DNA of 61,560 bases, filler included, from Hausera hauseri (lineage: Eukaryota), in assembly GCA_046269625.1 (NCBI GenBank). It is 11 parts of 11 records of this genome, joined end to end, with 100 filler letters (N's around TTAATTAATTAA, not from the genome) between each part and the next. Parts side by side here need not be neighbours in the genome. Positions count along the whole stretch, not along the records: positions 9,647 to 16,859 come from JBJURY010030448.1; positions 16,960 to 22,936 come from JBJURY010159089.1; positions 23,037 to 31,020 come from JBJURY010837636.1; 8 more parts are not named here. One strand, given 5' to 3'. Below the pieces are notes generated by a model. That model ran no database searches and was not told the origin of the DNA. It was given only the letters and a program-made list of their open reading frames with translations. Shown here piece after piece: positions 12,501 through 24,265 of this stretch. The position numbers and the translations under genes are program-made. Each line of letters begins with the position of its first letter. Position 1 is the stretch's first letter.

Positions 12501-14121
12501 GTCGACGGTTTTAATTCCTTCGCGTAGCTTATCAAACTTATCAACCATTTCGGGTATCCACTGGATTGGCTTATGTTTTTAGCCGCCGCTTAAATGAGCA
12601 AATGGTGGGGTAAGTTCAGAGCAGTACAGCACATACTTGTGAACGAAGTGCAAAGTTCCCAAAAAGCTTCCCATTTCTGTTGTTGTTCGAGATAGTTGCA
12701 CGTTTCAGGGCTTCAGCTCGATCGGGCTGAGGCGAGTGACCTTCAGCAGAAATAATGTGCCCAAAGAAATTTATACGCTTCTGGAATAAGTGACATTTGG
12801 CGAAATTGATCTGCATGTTATGCTGGTGTAAACGTTGAAAGATTGATCTGAGGTGTTCCTCGTGTTGTTAATTCGAAGAGGAAACAACTAATGTGTCATC
12901 GATATAGGGATGAGCATATAGAAAATCAGAAAGGATATCATCGATGTGGCGTTGAAAAGTCTGTGCAGCATTCCGCAGGCCAAAAGGCATATTAACATAT
13001 TCGTAAAGGTCAAAAGGAGTAATGATGGCTGTTTTTTCGATATCCTCGGGCGCCATAGGAATTTGATGGTAGGCTTTGGATAAATCAATGATAGAATAAA
13101 TTGTAGTGGAATTGAGACGGTGTAAGATATTCTTAATGATTGGCAGCAGGTATGCATCCATTATGGTCAAAGTGTTCAACTGACGATAATCACCACATGG
13201 TCTAAAAGTTCCACCCTTCGAAGTCTACAAATTCGGCTTCAACTTCCTGCCTACGAGGAGGAGACAATGGGCGCACTTTCTGGCGGATAGGTCTCTGATG
13301 CTGTGTTATAATGTGGTGAAAAGTGGTATTTGCTGGTGTAAAAGACCTGTCTTTTTGAATTATTCTAAAACAAGATATGCTAATGAATTGCTGCAGACTT
13401 GCAGGTAGTTGTGAAAAATTGGTGGAAGCGAGGTGGTTTTATCGGTAACTGTTGTAATATGGACGTTATTTGGTGATCGAAAATGAAGAGGTATTCGATG
13501 TAGGACGGTAGTAATAAAAATGGTATTGTAGGAGGTAGTTTTATCTAATGATTTTGCAGGGATAACGGAATTACTGTCATCGTTGTGAAAATCCCAGTCA
13601 TCACTAATATTGTTCTTCAGTCATTTATAAAACAAATTACCATGATTGTAAGAAAAAGGTTTGTTCAACGGTTTTTTAATATCGGCATTCGAGTAGCATT
13701 CACCCGTACGACAGCCGAAATGGTTTCGGCATGATCGATTCGCTCCTTATTGCAACCACTTGTTAAGCAACGTTGTTTGCAATCGACAAGGAGATTATAG
13801 TGTGAAAGAAAGTCGGATCCTAAAATGGCTGTCTGAACATTTGCAACGGTAAATTCCCAGTGAAACATTGAAGTAAATGTCGGAAGGGTAAAAGAAAGCC
13901 TACAAGTACCGGAAACATGTAGCGGTTGTCCGGAAGCTGTAAAGAGAGGTTTATAGTTGGATAAAGTGTGTTGAATTGGAAAAGTGAGCTGCAGTAAGGA
14001 AATCACTGCACCTGATTTGACGAGGAAATCTATGTGGCGGGATGTTGGTAACGTAGTTACTGCTTTTACTGTAAATGCAGGGGAGAAAATTTTTGGCTGT
14101 TAGAAACTGAAGAATGGCCTT

Positions 14122-14164
14122 CGCCAGAACTTGCCTTAAGCTCTGGCGGCGCAATTAGTTTTTT
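14122..14164 (-). promoter_or_regulatory. gag-pol -1 ribosomal frameshift signal (A AAA AAC + stem-loop)
   Basis: CCA AAA AAC TAA at gag end followed by an 11-bp stem CGCCAGAGCTT/AAGTTCTGGCG; equivalents at 28226-28267 and 48061-48102. Confidence 0.8.
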
Positions 14165-15246
14165 GGCAGTGGTGAACTTGGGCGGCTGTTAGAAGATGAG
14201 ACAGTACGTCCGACATTCGTATGCTGTGTGCTATTTCTAAAGGTACAACCAGGAATACACTTATGCGCCTCATTCTTAAATTTTGCGTGGTACATGCAAA
14301 TAGGGTCGTTAACTCGATACTTCTGTGTGTAAAATCGGCACCCAAGATGACATTTTTGTGCTTTATGAGCAAACCTATCATGGTAGAAACAGATCAGCGA
14401 TCGTGCAGGAGAAGGTGACCTACCTCTGGGTACAGAGCGTGTGCGATCGGAGGCGAAACTCTTTCGTTGAGACAAAGAGATTTCATTTAATCTATCATTG
14501 ATATCGTTTATTGTATTATGTAGGGCTGCGTTTTCGGCCCGCAACTGTTGTATTTGATATTCTGGTGTGTTATCGTTTGCTGTACATGATGCGGAAATTA
14601 TATTTTGGATGTTCAAATATAATATCTCATACGTTTTGTCCGCAAGTTCGATTAACTTACCCAGTGCCGTCAATTCCTCGACGACGGTAAGCAGGGCTCT
14701 GATCTTGATCGGTAGTGCGTTTAGAAAGTAACGTCGTAAGAGGTCAAAATTATTTTGTTTGGTAACTCCGAGTGCTTACAGTTGCACGAGAGAAATTCTG
14801 AGAAAATCGGACGGTTTTTTCGTACCCATAGCATTATCAATGAAGAATCTATGGATTACGGAATCCATAGACGGCTCCATGAGTTTTAAAACAGCACTGT
14901 GAAGATGGGTGTACGGGTTGAATTGTTGAAATGTCTAAATATCGTGAAGGAAAGTTTTTACTGTGTTTGATAAGAGGCAAAGTAAACTATGAGCTTTAGC
15001 AGATGGATCGGTAATGTTGTTAGACTGTAGCCAGAGTTTGTGAAAGTTAAGCCAGATTTTGCTGGACATTTCGTCATTAATAAAGTATTCTGCGCACTGA
15101 GAAGTGTGTTTGGATGGCGGGATGGAAGGTGTATAAGTGGTGAAAGTAGATGGCGTGGTTACGGTCATTGATTTTTGGTGAAAAGTAAAAGGTGATGGTT
15201 TAGAGGTAGTTTTGTCAGTACTGTCAATGGTGGGCGAAGGTTCCAT

Positions 15247-15465
15247 GCCACCACGAATGCGAATGTGTAAGTGAAGAATGACATAACGGGATGTAGGAGC
15301 AAAAAGGTTTCGAAAATTGACATTAATTACAGGTAAGTTGTGAGGTAAAAATCAGGAAAATTAGCAAAGTGTAGTACATAATTGTGCAAGTAATGTGTCT
15401 ATAAAATACGTTGTATCGAGTGTGAGAAAATGGCGATTATTCAGGAAGAATAAAAAGGAAAGATT
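15247..15465 (-). other. Ubiquitin-like domain fused N-terminally to Gag (frameshifted copy)
   Basis: FLFFLNN...DFYLT...ILHLHIRIRGG followed directly by the Gag ATG at 15246; cf. ubiquitin TLHLVLRLRGG. Confidence 0.75.
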
Positions 15466-18400
15466 CGGTGTTGACCCTAGTGGTGACGCAACGGACCGAA
15501 GCGTAGCTCTCACTGACATTGGACAACCGGTTGGGCAGTCGGTTATGCTGTGATGTACTCGGAACTCAACAGCTTTGTTTTGCGTACTGTGGAGGATCTT
15601 TGACTACAAATCGGTATAATCTTTATCACATTTATGGGTCGGAACTATGTCAAATTTAGTTAAATATATATTTATTCTCATAAGGTGAGGAATAGCCATA
15701 AGGCCTGCTGTCTTTATGTCATATTCTTTTAAATCATGTCTGATGAGCTGTAATGTAGCAGCGAAGTATTCAGCGATTATTATATTACTTTTGCATGTAA
15801 CTTGCAACATGGCAGACACGGTCTCGGTAATGAACGATAAGTCAGCAAATCTGCCCGACGTGAATGGGCAGTATCTTCAGAAATCAGATGGTTATCAATA
15901 TTGGGGAACCGTAGACGTTTTAAAGTATCCGAAGTATCGAAGTAACTGGGCCTGAAGTGACAACAGCAACTGGGAGCAATGATTAAAAGGGGTGATGTTG
16001 TGTCAACAGCAGACATGTTATGAATAAAAACATGGGAAAAATAAGGAATAGGAATCGTTAACAAAAGGCAAAATAAAAAATGTTAGCCAGACAAATGGTA
16101 CACAATGATAAATCTGCCCCCATCGTTTATCAGTTTCACTGACGAGTATAGAGTGGAATTGTCCATAAATCCCACCAGATTGAATGCTGTTACTTCCGTC
16201 TGTTTCACTGTTGGTGTACTTCCAGAAACAGAAATAGGATAGTTCATATTGACGCAACTTATTTGTTGAGGAATCGCCACAGTCGAAATGATGAGAGTTA
16301 TTATCGATCTTGCATTCTGATTTTTGTACAACTGCTGGAATTTCAAGGAGCATAAAATCAGATGTCTCAGTGTACATGTTATCTGAGTCATTATCATTCT
16401 CAAATTTGTTATCGTTGTCACCCGATTCGCCTTCATTCAAATTATGCGTCGGTCCTGTACTCTCGAATGATCGAATATCAAACTAATTTACTGTTCCAGT
16501 CGGACAAAATTTGTTAACAAGGTTTTTCTTAGTTTGAGTCATCTAAAACGACTGATTTAGCAGCGAATTGCTCAAAAAGGCCGGAATTAAACATTCGGGA
16601 TATGTTTCCTCAATTTCCGATTTCTGTTTCCATTGCCGTCGTCAGCTTTGTTTTGTTGTAAAATTTTCGATCGTATATTTATTATTTTGATCATTGTTGA
16701 CGGCTGCAGCTGCTATGGATTTTTTGGCTTGAGATACACGAGTAGAACGAGCCCGAAAGCCGCCGATTCCCAAATTCGAAAACCGTCTATTTCGCGGAAT
16801 TGTACCTTTGCCGGAGCCGCCTTTGACAGCAGGAGCAGTTGTCGCAATATTTTTGGTTANNNNNNNNNNNNNNNNNNNNNNNNNNNNNNNNNNNNNNNNN
16901 NNNTTAATTAATTAANNNNNNNNNNNNNNNNNNNNNNNNNNNNNNNNNNNNNNNNNNNNACGACCTGAAGAGGCATCGCCCGAAGTGCTATCAAAATGGA
17001 AGCACGAATTAGAATCATGGATTAAAAGTGGAGTCGAATATTCGGAAGGATGGAGCAGAAATGAAGATAACGTCGACACAAAAGTCGCTAAGGCTCAAAC
17101 GCTATTGTCTACCTGAAGAGAGTAGTACGTAACCTGAAACGTATGATGGATGAAATTCGCTGCGCAATGATTAATCGGCTTAGAGAAAAACCGGTTAGTG
17201 ATCGAAGCAATGTCAATTTACAAGTATTGGGTATAGCGCAGTAGATATCCCTCCCTTAATGGAGATGATAAAAATCGTGTTCGCCATACCTAGGCACTAT
17301 ACAAACTTAGAAAACCAAATTCAAATAGAAAATGAAACGCGAACACAGATTTATAGTTTGAAAAACCGAATTATGTCCCCAAAACACGAGGAGACCCAAT
17401 ACGTAGTAAAGGCTTGTATCATAGAGTTGGACGAGTATAAGGACGAGTTTAGTTATGTCGGCCGGATTATGAATTTTCTAAGAGGGCCGGATGATGAGTT
17501 AAAGATTATTATAATTATCGCGAATCAATTGTCGGAGTGGTCCGAATTAGTAACGCGACTAAGCAAATTGGTGGAAGACCGAAAAAAAAAGAATTTCCGC
17601 AAAGCGAGCCAATGGCAAAGAAGCAACTAGAAGAAAGTTCACATGATTTAGGCACGATGCGACTAGAAATAGACATTCGTACTCAATTCGAAGCGTTGCG
17701 ACGGCTAAAATTTATGAAAAGGGAACAAGAAGCGTCGATATCGGAGGAGATCTACAAACTGATCAAAGAGATGAACTTTACCGAAAAGCAGAATATGATT
17801 TACGACGTAAACTCAAGGTTAAGGATTGTTCGACTAGAAGGAGTCCAGTACTTAACGCGACAACTTATCGACAAAATCTTTGCCGAAGATATCGAAATCT
17901 TAGATATTTGCCCAGAACATCGAGATACGTTAACAGAGGCAATAAAATTCTTGCATAACTAACAAGAATGGATAATCGGATCAGATCAGAATTTCCATAC
18001 CAAGTTGACAAAAATAAGAGACGACGCACATTTTAGTTTTCAAGAACACAAGTTCGTAAAGAAATTGCCGGATGCAATAGATCTTGATTCAAAGGTTATA
18101 AATGAGAAATGGCGAAGATCAGTGATGACAGGATGAGGCAATTGATGCCAATGATACTGAAAGTGGAAGAAACATGTATTAAAACAAAACAAAGAGCGAC
18201 AAGGTTGGACGAACTAACGAAAGAGCTCGAAGTCTATCGAAACAAATATGCTTTTACTGAATCAGAGATCAAGAATTAACGAGAATTTGTACAGAGATGG
18301 CAAAGAGATGTAGTTATAGAATTAACAGATTACCACCAAAAAGGAATCACCGATCCTAATGAATTAGGCGAGCTATTGAAATGGATTCAGTATGCCTGTA

Positions 18401-18827
18401 AAAACAGCAAAGTTTCCGAACTACGAAGATGAAAGAAATACAACCAAGATTGAAGGAAATTAGAGAAAATGTACAGATAGCAAAGACAGTTTTGATAAAC
18501 CATGGACTTCCTGAAGCTGGAAATGAACCTGAATGGGATGCATATTTCGACGCAATACTTGCCGAAAAGCCCATGACTCCAGTACAATTAAACGAGATAG
18601 AAACATGCCCGCAGGACAGGAGATTCAATGTGGAGATACTCCTGGATTCAGCGCTAACTGAAAAAGACTTAATTGAACTAATTAACGTAAATATTACAGA
18701 AAATATTTTAAGACAACTTATTCCGATCTTAACTAAATTATCTAGCGATAACACGATTTATAGCACGGTGCAGAAACTTTTAATAAGGAAGTATGCTAAA
18801 ATTTTGAGGGCTAAACCTGAAACGGCG

Positions 18828-19050
18828 ATAAAAGTGATGGTATCATCCGAATGGATGGACAAAAAAGAATGCGAATTAACTACACATTCCTATGTGAGAG
18901 ACTTGAGAGAATGGCTGGCGAAAAACGGCGGAACAAACGAGTTAAACTACAGATTTTATTTTAGAGGTAGAATACTCGACGACCTAGAACAACTAATAGA
19001 TGTCGGGATTATTTCGGACGAAACGAATCGGATAGTGGTAGTAATAGCTA
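18828..19050 (+). other. Internal ubiquitin-like domain (no terminal GG)
   Basis: IKVMV...VRDLREWLA...YRFYFRGRILDDLEQLIDVGI resembles ubiquitin [21 protein letters not shown]. Confidence 0.65.
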
Positions 19051-19700
19051 ACGAACAAACAAAAGAAGAAGCTACACGTAAAGCCAAAACAGAGCAATGC
19101 GTAGGACAAATTAAGGGAGTCCGAGACGCCGCAATGTATTTTGAGTACTTACAAACGGATGAGGGTAAGGAACGATATGACATAAATTTAGTACCACTGA
19201 GCGAAATAACAACAAAAGGGCCGAGGCCGAAACGGCACGTAGGTAGGCCCAAGAAGTGGACTATAATGGAGAATTTATTAGACAATTGAGACAGATGTCG
19301 ATTCCGATTCTTAGTAGAGACAACGAAAAATTAAGCGAGTTAATAAAGAATTTACTACGAATTGTAAATTATTCCAGTCTTCGAGGTGACGTATTAGACG
19401 ATAAAGAAAAGAAAAAGTAACTTGGCCGATAAATCGGTAATCGAAAAGATCATGGTAGAAAACACCAACGAGGAGTTGAGAAAAGTGTTATTATATTTAG
19501 CTATCAAAATAAACCCTAACCGAGAGAGTGAAATCAATAGAGCTATAAGCTTAGCACGAAAAGCAGCAAGACGAATGCCTTGCGAAGTAAATTTGGCAAG
19601 ACTGTTTGACAAGGAAGAAGACAGACGGACCAGTAATAGACTCGACGATATATTACACAATTTAACAACGACGGGTGTTGGCCACCGGAAAAATGAGTCA

Positions 19701-21525
19701 TATTGGCTAATTAGCCTGATCACCTTAATGATTCTAATAAAACACATAGTTGCAGTTACCTTCTATGATTGCGATAAGTTCAAGTTAGGACAGAGATATT
19801 CCCTAATGGATCTGGAAGTATGCAAAGATGGTAGACCACACAAGTTGGAAACAAGAGAGAAAAATTACTTCCTCTACCAACAACAAGTATTGATATCGTT
19901 AGATGGAATGGAATGCATGCTGAGACGATCGCGTAGCATATCTCACTGTGGGCTAGTACATGAATATTCCTCCATATTCAAGCCAACTACTCCACTAATT
20001 CCGATCAATTTCGAACGCCAGCACTGCAAACAAGCCAAAGAAACTGGAAGGATACAATGGGACAGTATGCAATTAGAGATGCAGCCAGGAAAAATAATTA
20101 GAGCATACAAGGTAGTGGCTGGAGAATTGGATATGCATAGTGGAAATTGCAATGGAACAGAATACGACACCGGAAAGGGATTGGAGGCAAACGTAGTGGT
20201 TGTGTATTTATACGAATCAGAAATGTGATCACAGAAGGTAAAGTTCCATAGTGTTACCAAACTGTATACAGAGAATCAAAAATGTCATTTACAAGATGGG
20301 ACCTGTACTTTTAGAAGTTCGGTTATAATATGGGAACCTCCCTCTGGAAGAAATTGTAATTTCATTAAAATTAAAGAACTAAAGTTCAATGAGACTACAG
20401 GAAAGCGATATGTGGACAAATCAGAAACTAACTCGAGGACACGCAAGGACGTATCAGAACACTCCACACCCACCATATTAATTTCGGATCAGCATGGATT
20501 GAAATTTATAAAAAAGGAGATGATGTCGTGCTGTGATGTAGTGATGTTTGCTACGAACTATGAAGCGCTTTTTGTCGCAGAAACGGAGATAAGTGCGAAA
20601 ACTTATAAGCTAAAAACACAGGATTTCCGCATAGAAGATTACCTGAAGAATAGAGAAGATTACTTTTACTACAAATGACCAGTTGGAATAACGGAATTAT
20701 ATCATAAAATTATAAAGAATGACTGCAAATTGGATACAGAAATCATTAGAACTAAAATGGCTTTGATATATGCAATCCCAGAGTTGGCTTTACCAATAAT
20801 TCCCATGAGAGAAGGAATTTTTGGTCGGGTAACAAGCGAAGTATAGCTAACTTATGAATGTGAAAACAGAGACGTACCCATCAACGTGGAAGAAAAACGT
20901 TGCATTCAGGAACTTCCTGTGATTTACCAGAATATTCCGAGATTAGCTATGCCATTGAGAAAAGTGTTGTTGGATAATGCTACCCAACCAACCATCCTTA
21001 AAAATTGTAAGGCAAGCTTAGGAGAACCTATGTTTAGACTTAGCGAGACAGATTGGGTCAGCTTGCTAAATGGAGGTATCATTGCCGCTCCAAATAAATT
21101 GACAGGAACAAATCTCGCAAAAGGAATTACAGACGATAAATTTCAAGACTCCTCATCAAAAGGTATATACAGGCCAAAGGAAATTGATGCTTTTAGACAA
21201 TTCCTTGCCTTTCCACGACAACAAACACATGAGCTAAATTGAGCTATGGCTTCTGTAGTAGATGATACACGATACCAGGCTAAATGGGAATCGTTACTCG
21301 GTGTAAACCACTATCAACGAGTAACAACCGAAATACTTTACAAAATGTGGGGAAGATTTCTGATATTTGGACAAGCTGCATCCGGATTCTTAGCGATATA
21401 TTTTCTGATACAGATGATTAAAGCAGTCATCCAAGCAGTAATAAATGACTATAAAATATTTACATTGACTGGATTTTCATGTAAGGTATTGACTGCAATC
21501 ATAACGCCCTTTGGAAAATTCTTAA
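19701..21525 (+). pseudogene. Chuvirus-like (Jingchuvirales G-type) envelope glycoprotein
   Basis: Signal-like YWLISLITLMILI, then FYDC, YSLMDLEVC, HCG, CNG, ATNYEALFV, SEV*LTYEC, CIQELPV, and TM WGRFLIFGQAASGFLAIYFLI; in-frame stops. Confidence 0.8.
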
Positions 21526-24265
21526 AGGCATACGAAAAAAATAAATGGAAAACGGACGTAGAACGCCATGTCGGATATTATCATAGTAAACGGAAAAGAA
21601 AACCCACGTTCTTGTATAAGCGGAAATTCATCAAGCATTGTACACGAAGGAATAATTCAGATGATGACGAGCCTAAGGGAGGAGAAGCGCTTTCAGGAAT
21701 AAATAGACATAAGATGTACTCTGTTGTTAAAGCGTCATTACCAATGTTACCTCCTACTGCTCCATTCTATGATGATTGTGACAAACACTCAATGAGTTCA
21801 TATCAGACGGAAATCTATAAACGAACAATTAATGTAGACGATCCTTATAAAGTAACGAAACGTTACGGAATCCTACGAAAAATGTGTTACCGACAATCCA
21901 CAGATGGTTCCAAGATGTTGTATTCTCCGAGAGAACCTTGAAACATAGAAACTAGATCAACGGTTTGGGATAATCCAAGGTTAAAAACTTTCCAGAATAC
22001 TGAATTACACACTAATAATCGAGAACCATTAACTAATACACACAAAGCGGAAGAGTTGCACATAAAAAATAATGAATTATATCCAAACGAAGAACTAAGA
22101 CATCTATCGGAGAATATAGTATCCTCCCCAGAAATCCGAAACAATGGACATAAAATATCAGCGACTAAACATCCAAAAGTAGCAGCAAATTGTTTCGGGA
22201 CAGTGATAGAAGGAAGACCCTTCGCAAAAATTACTATCGAAGACTGGAAAGTTTATGTATTAATTGATACGGATTCCGAGATGTCTTACATCAAAAATGA
22301 TTCCATACCTCAAAGGCTGAGGGGACATTTATATCCACCGTCTACGAAAGATCCAGGAAGTACAGGAGCTTTTGTTCAAATGTCGAAACCGATGTTTAAA
22401 TGGAACCCAGAAGTCCAAATAGTTGGGCAAACATTGTATCATGAATTCGCAATCATGGAACAATTAACTGATGACGTCGTTCTAGGATGTGATCTATTAA
22501 AAAGGCTACCGAATATAGCAATTGACTTACAAACAGGAAAACTAATCGAGATCAGACCAAATAAAGGCATAAAAAACGATAAATATAGAAAATTTGGACA
22601 AGTAAGTATACCAGTCGAAGAAACATTCCACCAAGAACAGAGATAATAATCTATGCTCAAGTTCAACAAGATGATGAGCAACCAGTGTATTTCGAACTAA
22701 AGGAAACTTTAAATCCGAATATAACACTTAGTAACATACTGAGAAGAGTACGCTCCGATCGTGTACCGATCAGAATAGCAAATAACGCACCGACTTCCGC
22801 CAAGCTTCATGCTTATGCTACTTTAGGAAATGCGTATACAGTGTCGTCGATACCTCTCAAAGAGAAACATTATAAATATGCTGAATTTTCACTTTATGTC
22901 GAAACTAAGTTTTCACCTGAGTCTTATTGTCGATTCNNNNNNNNNNNNNNNNNNNNNNNNNNNNNNNNNNNNNNNNNNNNTTAATTAATTAANNNNNNNN
23001 NNNNNNNNNNNNNNNNNNNNNNNNNNNNNNNNNNNNTCAAGCACGCTTCGGATTGGCTGCATGGGGGCCGGGGGCCCGGGGGGGGGTGGCGCAGGATCGG
23101 CATTTTTCCCCTACTACACACACAAACCAATACATGCCTGTATGTCTAAAAAATGTAACATTTAAAAAAACTAAGTTCTGAACGAGCGTTAACACTATTG
23201 AACCAGAGTAACCCGAAACGTCGCAGCACCGGAAAAATACACTTTACATAGTTGGATGAATAAAATTCTAAACTATAAAAATATGTAATCTTTTCAACTT
23301 CCAACAAATTTTAACAAACCAAAAAGCAATTGAGTATTGAAAAAGTCAACCTAAAATAATTTCGAAGGTAATCTGAAATACAAGCTAACAAAATATATAA
23401 AAAATTTCAGATGCTCCAAAATAATTAGATTTGGAAATCTCAAGAATAAACTGATTTCAAAACTTTATTGTAACGCGGCGAAGCATTAAAAATAATACTC
23501 TCAAGTGCTGATGGTTGAACATCGGGTGAAGCCGAATTTCTAATTCCGTTTGGAAGCAATCTGGCAGATGATGTTCGGAATAAACGTTTTTTGTATTCAA
23601 TATGCTGCTTCAAGAATCCGATATTTGCATAAATTTCCCATCCACAGATTTAATGAAATATTTTCGAAAATCTTCACCACGAACCAACATTGACAACTTT
23701 GAACAACTTTTCATGAGATTGTACGTCATAAAAGGCACAATTAATCTGGATAAGTTAGTTACTCTGAATGTGGCAAACGATGAATGACCGTGTCCGATTT
23801 TTAAATCGCAATTGACATCTGGTAGTAATTGGTATTGTGGTATACTCTGCACTGCAGCTACATCGGAAGGTGTATTCTATAAGTTTTTTGACTGATTTTC
23901 TTGGCAAGATTTAGAGGGATTCTTATTGTGCAGAAGAGACGCTTTGTAAATATAGCAACTGTTCCAGGAAAATGTCACTGCATCAAGTGGCAAAATTTGA
24001 GACGAATAATGGATCACATCTGCTTTCTCTGTATACTCATATAACAATACCTGACTCTGTAGAAATGCTGTATGTGTATTTAGAGACGATTTTACCAAAG
24101 GAGATTCATGCAAATAGTGACGACCGGACAACCGTGCCAATTTCACTGTATCCAAATTTGACGCATTACTGCTTTGATTTGGATCATACGGTTTTGTGGC
24201 CAGTTTGGACATCTTTTGCTGATGATAAAACTCGGTATTGTAGGAGCGTCTTGTTGATGGGCCAA

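Larger units (their letters stand above)
10510..15590 (-). mobile_element. Degenerate CsRn1-like Gypsy with leader-Ubl, Gag (twin CHCC), protease, RT, RH, IN
   Basis: ILHLHIRIRGG|MEPSPTID; Gag CFYHDRFAHKAQKCHLGC and CMYHAKFKNEAHKCIPGC; ILGSDFL protease; YIDD RT; PPT GGGGAGGGGCGGG near 10525-10537. Confidence 0.92.
16960..22936 (+). mobile_element. Degenerate LTR-retroelement-like polyprotein: helical region, UBL domain, chuvirus-like glycoprotein, retropepsin
   Basis: ORF pieces starting 18429, 19422, 20412, 20886, 21246 and 22056 share one frame separated only by stops; protease VLIDTDSEMSYI...VVLGCDLL. Confidence 0.75.

Noticed and set aside
19287-21941. TGA-rich stops suggesting an alternative genetic code
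   Set aside because: TAG and TAA stops also interrupt the frame and TGG is used for Trp; mutational decay is sufficient
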